Counted from the first letter of the stretch, positions 9,711 through 20,094 are shown. The stretch: 64,000 nt of DNA from Gammaproteobacteria bacterium (GCA_026989495.1 JALSJE010000048.1:1198-65197), one strand, 5' to 3'. Numbers and translations: made by a program. The notes: generated by a model from the letters alone, not told the origin.

Positions 9711-10787
9711 TCAGGGCGGGATCACCGCCACGGCCTTGACCTGCGCATGCACGGCCAGCCCCGGCCGCAGGCCGAGACGGCGCACCGAGCGTCGCGTCAC
9801 ACGGGCGAGGAGGCGCTGGCCGGCGCAGTCGAGGCCCACGAGCGCGCGCCCCTGCGCGGGCTCGGCGGTCACGTCCGTGACGGTGGCGGGGATGACGTTG
9901 AGGATGCTGGTGCGCCCCGGCGGATCGAGGGCGAGGCTTACGTCGCGCGCCAGCACCCGCAGGCGCAGCCGCGCGCCCGGCTCACCGTGCCGGCCGGCCA
10001 CCACCAGCCGCAGCGCTCCGGCCGCCACCGTTGTGACGGCGTCCTCGGCGTCCCAGCCTTCGACCACGGCCTCCAGCACGGCGCTCGCGTCCTCGCGCCG
10101 GGCGAGCGGCAGGTCGGCCTGCGCCAGCAGCAGCGTCAACGGGCCCGCGGCGAGCACGCGCCCGGCCTCCACGTACACCAGGTGGGAGGCGAGCCGCACG
10201 GCCTCGTCCAGCTGGTGGGTGACGAGCAGCATGGGCACGGCGAGCCGCCCGCGCAGCGCCGCGAGGTCCTCCAGCAGGGCGGCGCGGGCGGGGGCGTCGA
10301 GCCCCGTGAAGGGCTCGTCCAGCACGAGCAGGCTGCGGGCGGCGACGAGGGCGCGGGCGAGCGCCGCGCGCCGGCGCTCGCCCCCGGAGAGCGCCCGTGG
10401 CGGACGCGCGCCGAGGTGCGCCACCCCCGCGAGGCGGGCGGCCTCCTCCGGGGGCATGGCGCCGGGGCCGGCGCGGCGCGCCGCGTAGCGGAGGTTCCCT
10501 GACACGGTGAGGTGGTCGAGCAGGGCGTCGTCCTGGAAGACGAAGCCGATGCCGCGCCGGTGCACGGGCATGAAGCGTCCGGCCGCGTCGTCCTGCCACA
10601 CCGATTCGCCGATGCGAACACGGCCCCGCGCGCGCTCGAGGCCCGCGATGGCCCGCAGGAGCGTGGTCTTGCCGGCGGCCGAGGGCCCGAAGACCGCAGT
10701 CACGCCGTCCAGGGGGGCCTCGAAGGTGGCGGCCAGCGTGAAGGCGCCGCGCTCCAGGCGCACGTCCACGGCGAGCGTGCCGCTCAC
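9711..10787 (-). CDS. modC: molybdate ABC transporter ATP-binding protein ModC (with C-terminal TOBE/MOP-like domain)
   Basis: Walker [10 protein letters not shown], signature LSGGERRR, Walker B LLVLDEPF. Inferred GTG start overlapping the modB stop (GTGA). The long upstream in-frame extension (to 12014) is a stop-free GC artefact. Confidence 0.8.
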   Translation of the reverse strand: MSGTLAVDVRLERGAFTLAATFEAPLDGVTAVFGPSAAGKTTLLRAIAGLERARGRVRIGESVWQDDAAGRFMPVHRRGIGFVFQDDALLDHLTVSGNLRYAARRAGPGAMPPEEAARLAGVAHLGARPPRALSGGERRRAALARALVAARSLLVLDEPFTGLDAPARAALLEDLAALRGRLAVPMLLVTHQLDEAVRLASHLVYVEAGRVLAAGPLTLLLAQADLPLARREDASAVLEAVVEGWDAEDAVTTVAAGALRLVVAGRHGEPGARLRLRVLARDVSLALDPPGRTSILNVIPATVTDVTAEPAQGRALVGLDCAGQRLLARVTRRSVRRLGLRPGLAVHAQVKAVAVIPP

Positions 10788-11443
10788 CGGCGCCTCCCCA
10801 GGCCGTAGACCACCGCCAGCACCGCGAAGGAGAGCCCGAGCAGCAGCCCCGAGAGCCGGTGGGCGCCGGCATAGTCGAGGGCCTCCACGTGCTCGTAGAT
10901 GGCGATGGAGAGCACCCGCGTCTCGCCGGGGATGCTGCCGCCCACCATCAGCACCACGCCGAACTCGCCCACCGTGTGGGCGAAGCCGAGGGTGGCGGCG
11001 GTCAGCAGGCCCCGGCGGGCGAGCGGCAGGGCCACCGTGAGGAAGCGGTCCAGCGGCCCTGCGCCCATCGTGGCCGCGGCCTCCAGGGGACGTGGCCCGA
11101 TGGCCTCGAAGGCCCCCTGCAGGGGCTGCACCACGAAGGGCAGGGAGTAGAGCACCGAGGCCACCACCAGCCCCTCGAAGGTGAACGCGAGGCCGCCCCC
11201 CAGCCGGGACCACAGGGGCCCGAGCGGCCCGCCTTCGCCCAGCAGGAGCAGCAGGTAGAAGCCCAGCACCGTGGGCGGGAGCACCAGGGGCAGGGCCACC
11301 AGGGCCTCCACCGCGGGGCGCAGCCGCCGGCGCGTGCGGGCGAGCCACCAGGCGAGCGGGGTCCCCAGCACGAGCAGGATGGCCGTGCTGAGGGCGGCGA
11401 CCCGCAGGGTGGTGGCGAGCGCCTGGAGGTCCGCCGGGCTCAT
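10784..11443 (-). CDS. modB: molybdate ABC transporter permease ModB
   Basis: 219 aa, five to six TM segments, ABC permease EAA-like loop ([14 protein letters not shown]). ATG start overlaps the modA stop (ATGA). Confidence 0.85.
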   Translation of the reverse strand: MSPADLQALATTLRVAALSTAILLVLGTPLAWWLARTRRRLRPAVEALVALPLVLPPTVLGFYLLLLLGEGGPLGPLWSRLGGGLAFTFEGLVVASVLYSLPFVVQPLQGAFEAIGPRPLEAAATMGAGPLDRFLTVALPLARRGLLTAATLGFAHTVGEFGVVLMVGGSIPGETRVLSIAIYEHVEALDYAGAHRLSGLLLGLSFAVLAVVYGLGRRR

Positions 11444-12306
11444 GGCCTGGGCTCCGGCGTGGGCGGCAGCCCGTAGCCCGCCGCGCGGATGCGGCGGCGG
11501 GCCGTCGCGGAGGCACGCAGCCAGGCGAGGAAGGCGCGGGCGTCGGCCCGGGCGGCGCCGCGCCGCAGGAGCACGGCCTGCTGGTGCAGCGGCGGGTGAT
11601 GGCCGGCCGGCACCTCCCAGCGCGGGCCGGGCAGCCGGCGCGCCTGCGCGGCGGCCACGAAGCCTGCCTCGGCGCCGCCCTGGCGCACCAGCGCCGGCAC
11701 CTGCCCCACGTGGGCCGCCACCACGAGCCGGCCCGGCCAGGGCCACAGCCCCATCCCTGCCAGCACGGCGCGCGCGGCCGCCCCGTAAGGCGCCGTGCGG
11801 GGGCTCGCGAGCGCCAGGCGGCGGATGGCGCCCGTGCGCAGCGCCGCCTCGGGCGCGGCGCCGCGCAGCCGCGGCGCCCACAGCACGAGCCGCCCGAGGG
11901 CGTAGGTGAAGCGCGTGCCGGGCACGGCGAGCCCCTCGGCCTCCAGGCGCGCCGGGCGCGCGGCGTCGGCCGCCAGGAAGACGTGGTAGGGCGCGCCGTG
12001 GCGGATCTGGGCATAGAGCGCGCCGGTGCTGCCCGCGCTCAGGCGTGGTGTCGGCGCCCCGGCCGAGCGGGCCCAGGCCGTCGCGATGGCGCGGGCGGTG
12101 GGCAGGAAGTTGGCTGCGACGGCGACATGGAGCGGGGAGCCGGTCGCGGAGAGGCGGGCGGGGACGAGGGCCGCGAGGACCGCCGCGGCGAGCGCGACCG
12201 GCACGCGCCACCGCCCGCGGCGGAACCCCGTCTCCCTGCTCAGCCGGCCATCAGGCGCTCGAGCAGCGCCTTCTGGGCGTGGAGCCGGTTCTCCGCCTCG
12301 TCCCAT
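11440..12306 (-). CDS. modA: molybdate ABC transporter substrate-binding protein ModA
   Basis: Periplasmic binding-protein-like sequence with hydrophobic signal segment ([20 protein letters not shown]). Immediately upstream of modB. Start uncertain: the ATG chosen gives an unusually long n-region. Confidence 0.65.
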   Translation of the reverse strand: MGRGGEPAPRPEGAARAPDGRLSRETGFRRGRWRVPVALAAAVLAALVPARLSATGSPLHVAVAANFLPTARAIATAWARSAGAPTPRLSAGSTGALYAQIRHGAPYHVFLAADAARPARLEAEGLAVPGTRFTYALGRLVLWAPRLRGAAPEAALRTGAIRRLALASPRTAPYGAAARAVLAGMGLWPWPGRLVVAAHVGQVPALVRQGGAEAGFVAAAQARRLPGPRWEVPAGHHPPLHQQAVLLRRGAARADARAFLAWLRASATARRRIRAAGYGLPPTPEPRP

Positions 12307-13145
12307 ACCACGCTCCGGGGCCCGTCGATGACCTCGGCGGCCACCTCCTCGCCGCGGTGCGCCGGCAGGCAGTGCATGAACAGCGCGTCCGGGCGGGCCC
12401 GCGCCATGACCTCGGGCGTGACCTGGTAGACGGCGAAATCGCGGCGGCGGCGTTCCTGCTCGTCCTCCTGGCCCATGCTGGCCCACACGTCCGTCACCAC
12501 CAGGTCGGCGCCCTCGGCGGCCTCGGCCGGGTCGCGCACCAGGTGCACGCGGTCGGCGTTGGCCTCCAGCAGCGCCGCCTCGGGCTCGTAGCCCTCGGGG
12601 CAGGCAATGCGCAGCGTGAAGCCGAACTGGCGCGCGGCCTCGATGTAGCTGTTGCACATGTTGTTGCCGTCGCCGATCCAGGCCACCGTGCGCCCGGCGA
12701 TGCTGCCGCGGTGCTCGACGTAGGTCTGCACGTCGGCGAGCAGCTGGCAGGGATGGAAGCGGTCGGAGAGGCCGTTGATGACCGGCACGCCCGCATGCGC
12801 CGCCAGCGTCTCGAGCGTGGCGTGGGCGTGGGTGCGCGCCATGATGGCGTCGGCCATGCGGCCGAGCACGCGCGCGGTGTCGGCCACCGGCTCGCCGCGG
12901 CCGAGCTGGGTGTCGCGCGGCGAGAGGAAGATGGCGTGGCCCCCGAGCTGGGCCATGCCGGCCTCGAAGGAGACGCGCGTGCGCGTGGAGGACTTCTCGA
13001 ACAGCATGGCCAGCACCCTTCCGGCCAGGGGGCGGGGCGCCTTGCCCTCGCGGTGCAGGCGCTTGAGCTCGATGGCGCGCGCGATGAGCGCCTCGAGCTC
13101 CTCCGGCGCGAAGTCCTCCAGGCGCAGGAAGTGGCGCACGCCCAT
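12240..13145 (-). CDS. argF: ornithine carbamoyltransferase
   Basis: 301 aa. STRTR carbamoyl-phosphate motif, [15 protein letters not shown] ornithine-binding motif. Confidence 0.9.
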   Translation of the reverse strand: MGVRHFLRLEDFAPEELEALIARAIELKRLHREGKAPRPLAGRVLAMLFEKSSTRTRVSFEAGMAQLGGHAIFLSPRDTQLGRGEPVADTARVLGRMADAIMARTHAHATLETLAAHAGVPVINGLSDRFHPCQLLADVQTYVEHRGSIAGRTVAWIGDGNNMCNSYIEAARQFGFTLRIACPEGYEPEAALLEANADRVHLVRDPAEAAEGADLVVTDVWASMGQEDEQERRRRDFAVYQVTPEVMARARPDALFMHCLPAHRGEEVAAEVIDGPRSVVWDEAENRLHAQKALLERLMAG

Positions 13146-13156
13146 CGCCGGCTGCC

Positions 13157-14353
13157 TCAGGCCGCGGCGGCCAGGAACTCGCGGATCAGGGTGGCCACGC
13201 CGTCGGCGAGCGTGGCCGCCTCGCTCTCGGCGATGACGAGCGGAGGCAGGAGGCGCACCACGCGCTCGGCGGTGACGTTGACGAGCAGACCGCGGTCGAG
13301 CGCCTCGCCCACGAGCGCCCCGCAGGGCCGGTCGAGCTCGATGCCGATCATGAGGCCGAGCCCGCGCACCTCGCGTACCCCGGGCACCTCGGCCAGGGCC
13401 TCGCGCAGCCGCGCGCGCACCCATTCCCCCAGGTGCGCCGCGCGCGCGGGCAGGCCCTCGGCCTCCAGCACGTCCAGCACCGCGAGCGCGGCGCGGCAGG
13501 CGAGCGGGTTGCCGCCGAAGGTGGACGCGTGCGTGCCCGGCGCAAATAGCGCCGCGGCCTCGCCGCGGGCGAGGCAGGCGCCGATGGGCACGCCGTTGGC
13601 GAGACCCTTGGCGAGCGTGACCACGTCCGGCGTCACGCCCGCGGCCTGGCAGGCGAGGAAGGCGCCGCAGCGGCCGGTGCCGGTCTGCACCTCGTCCAGC
13701 ATCAGCAGCCAGCCGTGCTCGTCGCACAGGGTGCGCAGGCCGGCGAGGTAGTCCGGTGGCGGCACCACCACCCCGCCCTCGCCCTGCACGGGCTCGACCA
13801 GCACCGCCACCACGTCCGGGCTGTTGCGCGCCACCGTGCGCACGGCCTCGAGGTCGCCGTAGGGCACGCGCACGAAGCCGTGCACCAGGGGCTCGAACCC
13901 CGCCTGCACGCGGCGGTTGCCCGTGGCCGAAAGGGTGGCGAGGGTGCGGCCGTGGAAGCTGCCTTCGGTGACGACGACCGTGGGCACGGCCACGCCGCGG
14001 CGGCGGCCGTGCAGGCGCGCGAGCTTGATGGCGGCTTCGTTGGCTTCGGCGCCGGAGTTGCAGAAGAAGGCCGCGTCCATGCCCGTGAGCGCCGTGAGCC
14101 GCTCGGCGAGCCGCGCCTGCAGGGGGATGCGGTAGAGGTTCGAGGTGTGCAGCAGGGTGCGGGCCTGCTCGCACAGGGCCTCGGCCACCGCCGGGTGGGC
14201 GTGCCCGAGGCCGCACACTCCGATGCCGCCGATGCCGTCCAGGTAGCGGCGGCCCTCGGCGTCGTACAGCCATACGCCCTCCCCTCGCTCGAAGGCCACG
14301 GGGAGGCGGGCGTAGGTGCGCATCAGGGCGCTGTCTTCGTTCCGGTCCGTCAT
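13157..14353 (-). CDS. argD: acetylornithine aminotransferase (class III PLP aminotransferase)
   Basis: 398 aa. Class-III aminotransferase hallmarks ([10 protein letters not shown]..., FGGNPLAC). GGAGG RBS 9 nt upstream of ATG. Adjacent to argF. Confidence 0.9.
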   Translation of the reverse strand: MTDRNEDSALMRTYARLPVAFERGEGVWLYDAEGRRYLDGIGGIGVCGLGHAHPAVAEALCEQARTLLHTSNLYRIPLQARLAERLTALTGMDAAFFCNSGAEANEAAIKLARLHGRRRGVAVPTVVVTEGSFHGRTLATLSATGNRRVQAGFEPLVHGFVRVPYGDLEAVRTVARNSPDVVAVLVEPVQGEGGVVVPPPDYLAGLRTLCDEHGWLLMLDEVQTGTGRCGAFLACQAAGVTPDVVTLAKGLANGVPIGACLARGEAAALFAPGTHASTFGGNPLACRAALAVLDVLEAEGLPARAAHLGEWVRARLREALAEVPGVREVRGLGLMIGIELDRPCGALVGEALDRGLLVNVTAERVVRLLPPLVIAESEAATLADGVATLIREFLAAAA

Positions 14354-14959
14354 GGGCCGGTTTCCTCCGGAAAAGCGAACGGCAGCCTGTCTGGCGCATC
14401 CCGGTTGCGGGACGCGGCGGGCAGACCGCCAAAAGGAAAAAAGGAATACTAGCGGTGGCGTTTGCAGGTGACAAGGTTCCAGTGCGGCACGAGCGCCCCG
14501 CCGCTTCACCCTCCCGCTTCCGGTCCCGTGCGGGGCAAAAAGGGCTCTCGTGTTGTTCTCGTGGGTGCCTCCCTGTTTGTCGAGGCGCGTTGCGGCCGGT
14601 GGGCACGGGTAACGCTCATCGACCGAGCAGGCACGCCTGTGCCGATTTCGGGGCGGTGTGGCGGCGGGGCCCGCGTGGAGCCGGCGCTCGGGCGATCCTT
14701 GCAGCCGCACCGGCCCCTCCGGCACCGTCCCGACGCCTTCGAGGCGGCTTCACCTCCGTCCGTGAACCGGGCTTCCAGACCCGATCCCCTGCCTCCGTAG
14801 GCGCGGCTTCCAGCCGCGCCGGGCCGGCTGGAAGCCGGCCCCCACAGGGCGGGAGCGCCGGGGGGCTGGTACCCGCTCCGCAGGGAGGGGCCGGAATGCC
14901 CTTTCGCGAGGGGCTTGTGTCCGACGGGGTCCCGGTCCTGTGCGCTGCGCGCTTCCATG

Positions 14960-15128
14960 GGAAAACTCTGATCAATCCGCTCCGCAGATTGATCAGCGCT
15001 AGAGTGCTTCGCGATCCATTTTCGATTTTTTTCGTATCGTCATGCACTTCCCTGTGCATGGGCCGTCCCGCGGCCATCCATGGCCGCGGGGAAGGTCTGA
15101 AAAATCGCAATTTTTCAGACCTTCCATG
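14960..15128 (+). repeat. ~168-bp intergenic repeat element, copy 1 (three hairpins); second copy at 19928-20094
   Basis: Direct sequence comparison: the two copies share about 80% identity over ~165 bp. Hairpins: CTGATCAAT...ATTGATCAG, CATGCAC-ttccc-GTGCATG, GGTCTGAAAAAT-cgca-ATTTTTCAGACC. GC content is below the genome background. Confidence 0.8.
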
Positions 15129-15196
15129 GGTCTTGCCGCGCATGCCGGACGCGATGCGCATCGACGAAGGGATTGCCCACGAAAACGACAGAAGAT

Positions 15197-15232
15197 CCAA
15201 AAAAACGGGAGACGGGCGTGCCCGTCTCCCGT
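15197..15232 (-). terminator. rho-independent terminator of the 15258-15770 minus-strand gene
   Basis: On the minus strand: CGGGAGACGGGC-acg-CCCGTCTCCCG stem followed by TTTTTTT, 25 nt after the stop codon. Confidence 0.7.
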
Positions 15233-15257
15233 ATGCGTATTTGCGGATCCCGCAGCC

Positions 15258-15770
15258 TCAGAAGGGCAGACCGTGGCCCTGCGCCGTCATGCACATGAGC
15301 ATCGGGATGGAGAGCATCGTGTTTGTGCGCGAGGCGAGGAAGGCGATCTTCTTGGCCTTTGCCTTCTCCTCGTCGCTCGCCTGCACCAGCCCGAGCACCT
15401 TCTTCTGGTTGGGCCAGATCAGGACCCAGACGTTGAAGAGCATGATGGTGCCGAGCCAGGCGCCCACGCCGATGATCCGCATTCCCGGATCGGAGAGCGT
15501 GAAGGCGGCGACGAAGCCCGAGCCCTCGCCCTGGTACATGGTCTCCAGGGCCGCGGCGCCCGACAGCCAGGTCACCACCGCCGCCCAGCGGAACCAGAGC
15601 AGCGCCCGCGGGGCCACGTACTTGCTGATCGCGGCCGGGCCGGGGCCGTCCTTGTCGGCGGCCGCCTCGGCGAGCGCGGGCACCTGCACGAAGTTGAAGT
15701 AGTACAGGAGGCCGATCCAGGTGATGCCGGCCAGCACGTGCAGCCAGACTTCGATTTCCCAGAGGTTCAT
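15258..15770 (-). CDS. hypothetical inner-membrane protein (~4 TM helices)
   Basis: 170 aa, hydrophobic. N-terminal W-x-H-x-x-AGI-x-WIG-x-x-YF pattern is reminiscent of the membrane domain fused to PuuD-like urate hydroxylases (weak recollection, not verified). Confidence 0.5.
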   Translation of the reverse strand: MNLWEIEVWLHVLAGITWIGLLYYFNFVQVPALAEAAADKDGPGPAAISKYVAPRALLWFRWAAVVTWLSGAAALETMYQGEGSGFVAAFTLSDPGMRIIGVGAWLGTIMLFNVWVLIWPNQKKVLGLVQASDEEKAKAKKIAFLASRTNTMLSIPMLMCMTAQGHGLPF

Positions 15771-15852
15771 GGCTCTTCCCCCACCTTTCGCTCGGTTCTT
15801 CGGATTCGGGTTCGGATTCGGTCTGCGGCGTCTCCGGGGTCGGGCGTGCCGG

Positions 15853-15930
15853 TCACAGGATCGCCGCGATGATGAGCGCGAGAACCACCCCGGAGATGAT
15901 GGTTCCCCAGATGCTGTTGAGCGGGTTCAT
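15853..15930 (-). CDS. 25-aa hydrophobic small protein (MNPLNSIWGTIISGVVLALIIAAIL), not in the ORF track
   Basis: ATG preceded by GGGAGG (10-nt spacer). Single predicted TM helix. Lies 85 bp upstream of the 15258-15770 membrane-protein gene on the same strand. Confidence 0.3.
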   Translation of the reverse strand: MNPLNSIWGTIISGVVLALIIAAIL

Positions 15931-16179
15931 GACGGATATGCCTCCCATATCAGATTCCGGGTCCAGCGGGACAAAAAACCGAGCGCAACGCTCGGGATAG
16001 GGTGCCGCAAGCATAGGGCACCCCGGCTGTGGATTTCAACCGGCACTCACTGGGCCGGCCGGCGCATTCCGCGCCACGGACGGGACGCCTCCGCTTTCCG
16101 CCGCAGCGTTGACGCATCCGTGGACGACCTGCTGAGGGACCACGGCCGGCGGCGCTATCATGCGCGCCGGAGCGCCGGC

Positions 16180-17730
16180 ATGGATCCCATCGAGTTCAGC
16201 CTCTTCGCCAGCCGCATCGCCGCCATCTGCGAGGAGATGGGGGCGGCGCTCGCGCGTGCGGCCTTCTCGCCCAACATCAAGGACCGCCTCGACTTCTCCT
16301 GCGCGGTGTTCGACGCCCGGGGCCGGCTCTGCGCCCAGGCCGCCCACATCCCGGTGCACCTCGGCAGCATGGCCTATGCCATGCGGGACCTCGTCCCTGG
16401 GCACGACTGGGGGCCGGGCGATGCCCTGGTGCTGAACGACCCCTTCCTCGGCGGCACGCACCTGCCGGACGTGACGGTGGTGATGCCGGTCTACGCCGAC
16501 GGGCGCCTGGTGGCTTTCGTGGCCGACCGCGCCCACCATGCCGACATCGGCGCCGCGAGCCCGGGCTCCATGCCGCTGTCGCGTACCCTCGAGGAGGAGG
16601 GGCTGGTGATCCCGCCCACCTGGATCGCCCGCGGCGGGGAGCTGCTCGAGGAGGTGCTGGCGCACATCGTCGAGCGCACCCGCAACCCGGACGAGAACCG
16701 CGGCGACTTCGCCGCCCAGCTCAGCGCCGCCCGCCTGGGCGCGGCGCGCGTGGCGGCGCTCGCCGAGGATATGGGCCACCGCGCCTTCACCGCGGCGCTC
16801 GCCGAGCTCGACGCCTACGCGGAGCGCCTGGCGCGCGCCACCCTCGCGGAGATACCGGATGGCGACTATGCGTTCATGGACCTGCTCGACGACGACGGCC
16901 TCGGCCACGAGGACATCCCCATCCGCCTCACCGTGCGCGTGCGCGGGAGCGACGTGACCGTGGATTTCGCCGGCACCGCCGGTCAGGTGCCGGGCAACGT
17001 CAACTGCCCGCTCTCGGTCACCGCGGCGGCGGTCTACTACGTCTTCCGCTGTCTCATGCCCGAGGAGACCCCCGCCGCCTGGGGCAGCTTCCGCCCCATC
17101 CGCCTCTCGGCCCCGGAGGGCACCCTGGTCAACGCCCGCCGCCCGGCCGCGGTGGCGGCCGGCAACGTGGAGACCAGCACGCGCATCGTGGACGCCGTCT
17201 GCGGGGCGCTGGCCCAGGCGCTGCCGGAGGCGATACCGGCCGCGAGCCACGGCAGCATGAACAACGTCGCCATGGGCTGGGCCGGGCCCGGCCCCGTGTG
17301 GGACTACTACGAGACCATCGGCGGCGGCATGGGAGCCGGCCCGCGTGGCGGTGGGCTGAGCGGGGTGCACACGCACATGACCAACACGCGCAACACGCCG
17401 GTCGAGGCCCTGGAGATGCGCTTCCCGGTGCGGGTGCGCCGCTACGCGCTGCGGCGCGGCTCCGGCGGCGCCGGCCGCCGCCGCGGTGGCGACGGGCTCG
17501 TGCGCGAATTCGAGTTCCTGGCGCCGGCGCGGGTGACGCTGCTCACCGAGCGCCGCCGCCACGCCCCCTGGGGGCTCGGCGGCGGCCGGCCGGGTGCGCC
17601 TGGCGAGAACCGGCTCAACGGCACGCCGCTCCCCGGCAAGGCGAGCCTGGAGGTAGGCCCGGGCGACCGGCTTACCATCGCCACCCCGGGCGGCGGCGGC
17701 TGGGGAAGGGGGGTGGGCGGTGAACGGTAG
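16180..17730 (+). CDS. hydantoinase B / oxoprolinase family protein (HyuB-like)
   Basis: 516 aa. Full-length similarity to N-methylhydantoinase B/acetone carboxylase alpha-type proteins ([22 protein letters not shown]). GGAG RBS. No hyuA partner visible in this window. Confidence 0.8.
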   Translation: MDPIEFSLFASRIAAICEEMGAALARAAFSPNIKDRLDFSCAVFDARGRLCAQAAHIPVHLGSMAYAMRDLVPGHDWGPGDALVLNDPFLGGTHLPDVTVVMPVYADGRLVAFVADRAHHADIGAASPGSMPLSRTLEEEGLVIPPTWIARGGELLEEVLAHIVERTRNPDENRGDFAAQLSAARLGAARVAALAEDMGHRAFTAALAELDAYAERLARATLAEIPDGDYAFMDLLDDDGLGHEDIPIRLTVRVRGSDVTVDFAGTAGQVPGNVNCPLSVTAAAVYYVFRCLMPEETPAAWGSFRPIRLSAPEGTLVNARRPAAVAAGNVETSTRIVDAVCGALAQALPEAIPAASHGSMNNVAMGWAGPGPVWDYYETIGGGMGAGPRGGGLSGVHTHMTNTRNTPVEALEMRFPVRVRRYALRRGSGGAGRRRGGDGLVREFEFLAPARVTLLTERRRHAPWGLGGGRPGAPGENRLNGTPLPGKASLEVGPGDRLTIATPGGGGWGRGVGGER

Positions 17731-17783
17731 GCACCGGCCCGTCGCTGTCGGCCGTCCGCCATCTGCCGTAGACTGACGATCGG

Positions 17784-18140
17784 ATGGCCCGACTCCCTCG
17801 TCCCGTCTCCCACCTCACCGCCGCCCTGGCGGCGGTATCTCTCCTGGCGCTCGCCGGCTGCGCCACGGCGGTGCTCACGGGCGCGGTGGAGACCCCGCCG
17901 GATGGGCGCAGCGCGGCCGAGATCGCCCGCGACGCCGACCTCGAGGCCGCCGTCAACGCCCGCCTCGCCCGCGACCCCGAGCTTGCCTCGAGCGCGGTGA
18001 CGGTGGTCGTGCGCGACCGGGTGGTGCGGCTGCGCGGGCGGCTGCCCTCGACGCGGCTGCGCGCGCGCGCCGTGTCGCTCGCGCGGGGGGTGCCGGGGGT
18101 CCGCCGGGTGGTGGCGGACATCATCGTGACGGGGCGCTGA
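17784..18140 (+). CDS. BON domain lipoprotein (OsmY-like)
   Basis: 118 aa. Signal peptide with lipobox LLALAGC. Single BON domain ([37 protein letters not shown]). Confidence 0.75.
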   Translation: MARLPRPVSHLTAALAAVSLLALAGCATAVLTGAVETPPDGRSAAEIARDADLEAAVNARLARDPELASSAVTVVVRDRVVRLRGRLPSTRLRARAVSLARGVPGVRRVVADIIVTGR

Positions 18141-18143
18141 GCC

Positions 18144-19970
18144 GTGTGCGGCATCTGCGGCGAGCTGCGCCTGGACGGCGCCGCGGCGGACCCGGGCGCC
18201 CTCGCTCCCATGCTCGCGCGGCTCGTGCGCCGCGGCCCCGACGCCGAGGGCCGCTGGCACGACGGCCCCGTGGCCCTCGGCCACCGGCGGCTTGCCATCA
18301 TCGACCTTTCGGAGCGCGCCAACCAGCCCATGCGCGACCCGGACACGGGTTGCGTCATCGTCTTCAACGGCACCATCTACAACTGGCCCGAGCTGCGGCG
18401 CGAGCTCGAGGGCCGAGGCCACCGCTTCCGCACCGAGGGCGACACCGAGGTCATCCTCAAGGCCTGGGCCGAGTGGGGCGAACGCTGCGTGGAGCGCCTG
18501 CATGGCATGTTCGCCTTCGGCCTGTGGGACCCGCGCGCGCGGCGGCTCTTCCTCGCCCGCGACCGTCTCGGGATCAAGCCCCTCTACTACACCCTCGACC
18601 GGCGGAGGCTCCGCTTCGCCTCCACCGCCCAGGCCCTGCTCGCCGCCGGCGGCGTGGACACCGCCATCGACCCCGTGGCCCTGCACCACCTGTTCACCCT
18701 GCACGCGGTGGTGCCGGCCCCGCGCACCATCCTCGCCGGGGTGCGCAAGCTCGCCCCCGCCCACACGCTCACGGTGCCCGCCCCCGAGGGCGGGCGGCGC
18801 TTCGCGCTGCGGCGTTATTGGCGGCTCGTGGCCCGGCGTCCCGACTTCCTGCGCAGCGAGGACGAATGGGCGGAGGCGGTGCGGGCGGCGCTGGTGCGCG
18901 CCGTGGAGCGGCGGCTGCGCATCGCCGACGTGCCGGTGGGCGTGCTGCTGTCGGGGGGGCTCGACTCGAGCCTGCTGGTGGGGCTGCTCGCCGCGCAGGG
19001 GGTCGAGGACCTGCGCACCTTCTCCGTCGGCTTCGAGGACGTGGGCGCCGAGAGGGGGTCGGAATTCGAGTACTCGGACCTGGTGGCCGAGCGCTTCCGC
19101 ACGCGCCACCACCGCTGGCGCATCCCCAACGACGAGGTGCTCGCGCGGCTGCCCGAGGCGGTCGAGCACATGGCCGAGCCCATGTTCGGGCAGGACGCGG
19201 TGGCCTTCTATCTGCTCGCCGAGCGCGTCGCGCGCGAGGTCAAGGTGGTGCAGAGCGGCCAGGGCGCCGACGAGGTCTTCGGCGGCTACTTCTGGTATCC
19301 GCGCATGATGGCCGAGCCGGAGGGCCTGCCCGAGGTGGAGCGCTTCCGACGCCACTACTTCGACCGCGACCACCCCGAGTACCTGCGCATGGTGCGCCCG
19401 CGCTGGCGCGGACCCGACCACACGCGCGCGCGTGTGGCGGCGCTGCTGGCCGCGCAGGAGGCCGACACCTTCATGGACCGGGTGCTCGCCCTCGACGTCA
19501 CCACCCTCATCGTGGACGACCCGGTCAAGCGCGTGGACAACATGACCATGGCCTGGGGGCTGGAGGCGCGCGTGCCCTTCCTCGACCAGGAGGTGGTGGA
19601 GCTGGCCGCGCAGGTCCCGCCCGAGCTCAAGCTGCGCACCGGCGGCAAGCACCTGCTCAAGCGCATCGCCCGCGGGCTCCTGCCGGACGCCGTCATCGAC
19701 CGCCCCAAGGGCTACTTCCCGGTGCCCGCCCTCAAGTACGTGCGTGGGTCTGCGCTCGCCTTCATGCGCGAGGTGCTCGCCTCGCGCGCCTGCCGCGAGC
19801 GCGGCCTCTACGACCACGCCTACGTGGAGACGCTGCTGGCCGACCCCGAGCGCCACCTCACGCGCATCCAGGGCAGCAAGCTGTTCCACCTGGCGCTGCT
19901 GGAGCTGTGGCTGCAGCGCAACGTGGATGGAAACTCTGATCAATCCGCTGCGCGGATCGATCAGCACTGA
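18144..19970 (+). CDS. asnB: asparagine synthase (glutamine-hydrolysing)
   Basis: GTG start then CGICG (Cys2 nucleophile of class II GATase). SGGLDSS PP-loop. 608 aa. The last 13 codons and the stop lie inside repeat copy 2. Confidence 0.9.
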   Translation: MCGICGELRLDGAAADPGALAPMLARLVRRGPDAEGRWHDGPVALGHRRLAIIDLSERANQPMRDPDTGCVIVFNGTIYNWPELRRELEGRGHRFRTEGDTEVILKAWAEWGERCVERLHGMFAFGLWDPRARRLFLARDRLGIKPLYYTLDRRRLRFASTAQALLAAGGVDTAIDPVALHHLFTLHAVVPAPRTILAGVRKLAPAHTLTVPAPEGGRRFALRRYWRLVARRPDFLRSEDEWAEAVRAALVRAVERRLRIADVPVGVLLSGGLDSSLLVGLLAAQGVEDLRTFSVGFEDVGAERGSEFEYSDLVAERFRTRHHRWRIPNDEVLARLPEAVEHMAEPMFGQDAVAFYLLAERVAREVKVVQSGQGADEVFGGYFWYPRMMAEPEGLPEVERFRRHYFDRDHPEYLRMVRPRWRGPDHTRARVAALLAAQEADTFMDRVLALDVTTLIVDDPVKRVDNMTMAWGLEARVPFLDQEVVELAAQVPPELKLRTGGKHLLKRIARGLLPDAVIDRPKGYFPVPALKYVRGSALAFMREVLASRACRERGLYDHAYVETLLADPERHLTRIQGSKLFHLALLELWLQRNVDGNSDQSAARIDQH

Positions 19971-20094
19971 GGCGCTTCGCGGCCGTTCTGATTTTCCTTG
20001 AGTCGTCATGCGCTTCCCAGTGCATGGGCCGTCCCGCGGCCGTCCCTGGCCGCGGGGAAGGTCCGAAAAACCGAGATTTTTCAGACCTTCCGGA
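19928..20094 (+). repeat. ~165-bp intergenic repeat element, copy 2 (overlaps asnB 3' end)
   Basis: Aligns with 14960-15128 (same orientation). Hairpins retained with a few substitutions, including G-U-compatible changes. Confidence 0.8.

Noticed and set aside
9711-12014. 767-aa ORF spanning modC and upstream DNA
   Set aside because: Only the C-terminal ~358 aa match ModC. The upstream part overlaps modB and modA, which are clearly encoded in other frames. A GTG start in a GTGA overlap with modB is the likely true start.
14354-14959. Possibility that the long argD upstream region encodes RNase P RNA, tmRNA, 6S or SRP RNA
   Set aside because: I could not find the conserved signature blocks (P4 GGAAAGUCCGG / ACAGNARGG, tmRNA tag ORF and 3' CCA-acceptor mimic, SRP GGAA tetraloop helix) by eye. 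Left only as a generic candidate regulatory/ncRNA region.
15042-15872. Small ORFs read out of the repeat elements ([21 protein letters not shown]… and [21 protein letters not shown]… at 19998)
   Set aside because: Their conservation simply reflects DNA identity of the two repeat copies. The reading frames run through palindromic hairpins, lack RBS and continue into unrelated DNA.
18146-19939. 597-aa ORF in the +3 frame of asnB (and 18292-19308)
   Set aside because: Alternative frame of asparagine synthase. Pro/Arg-rich, no homology.
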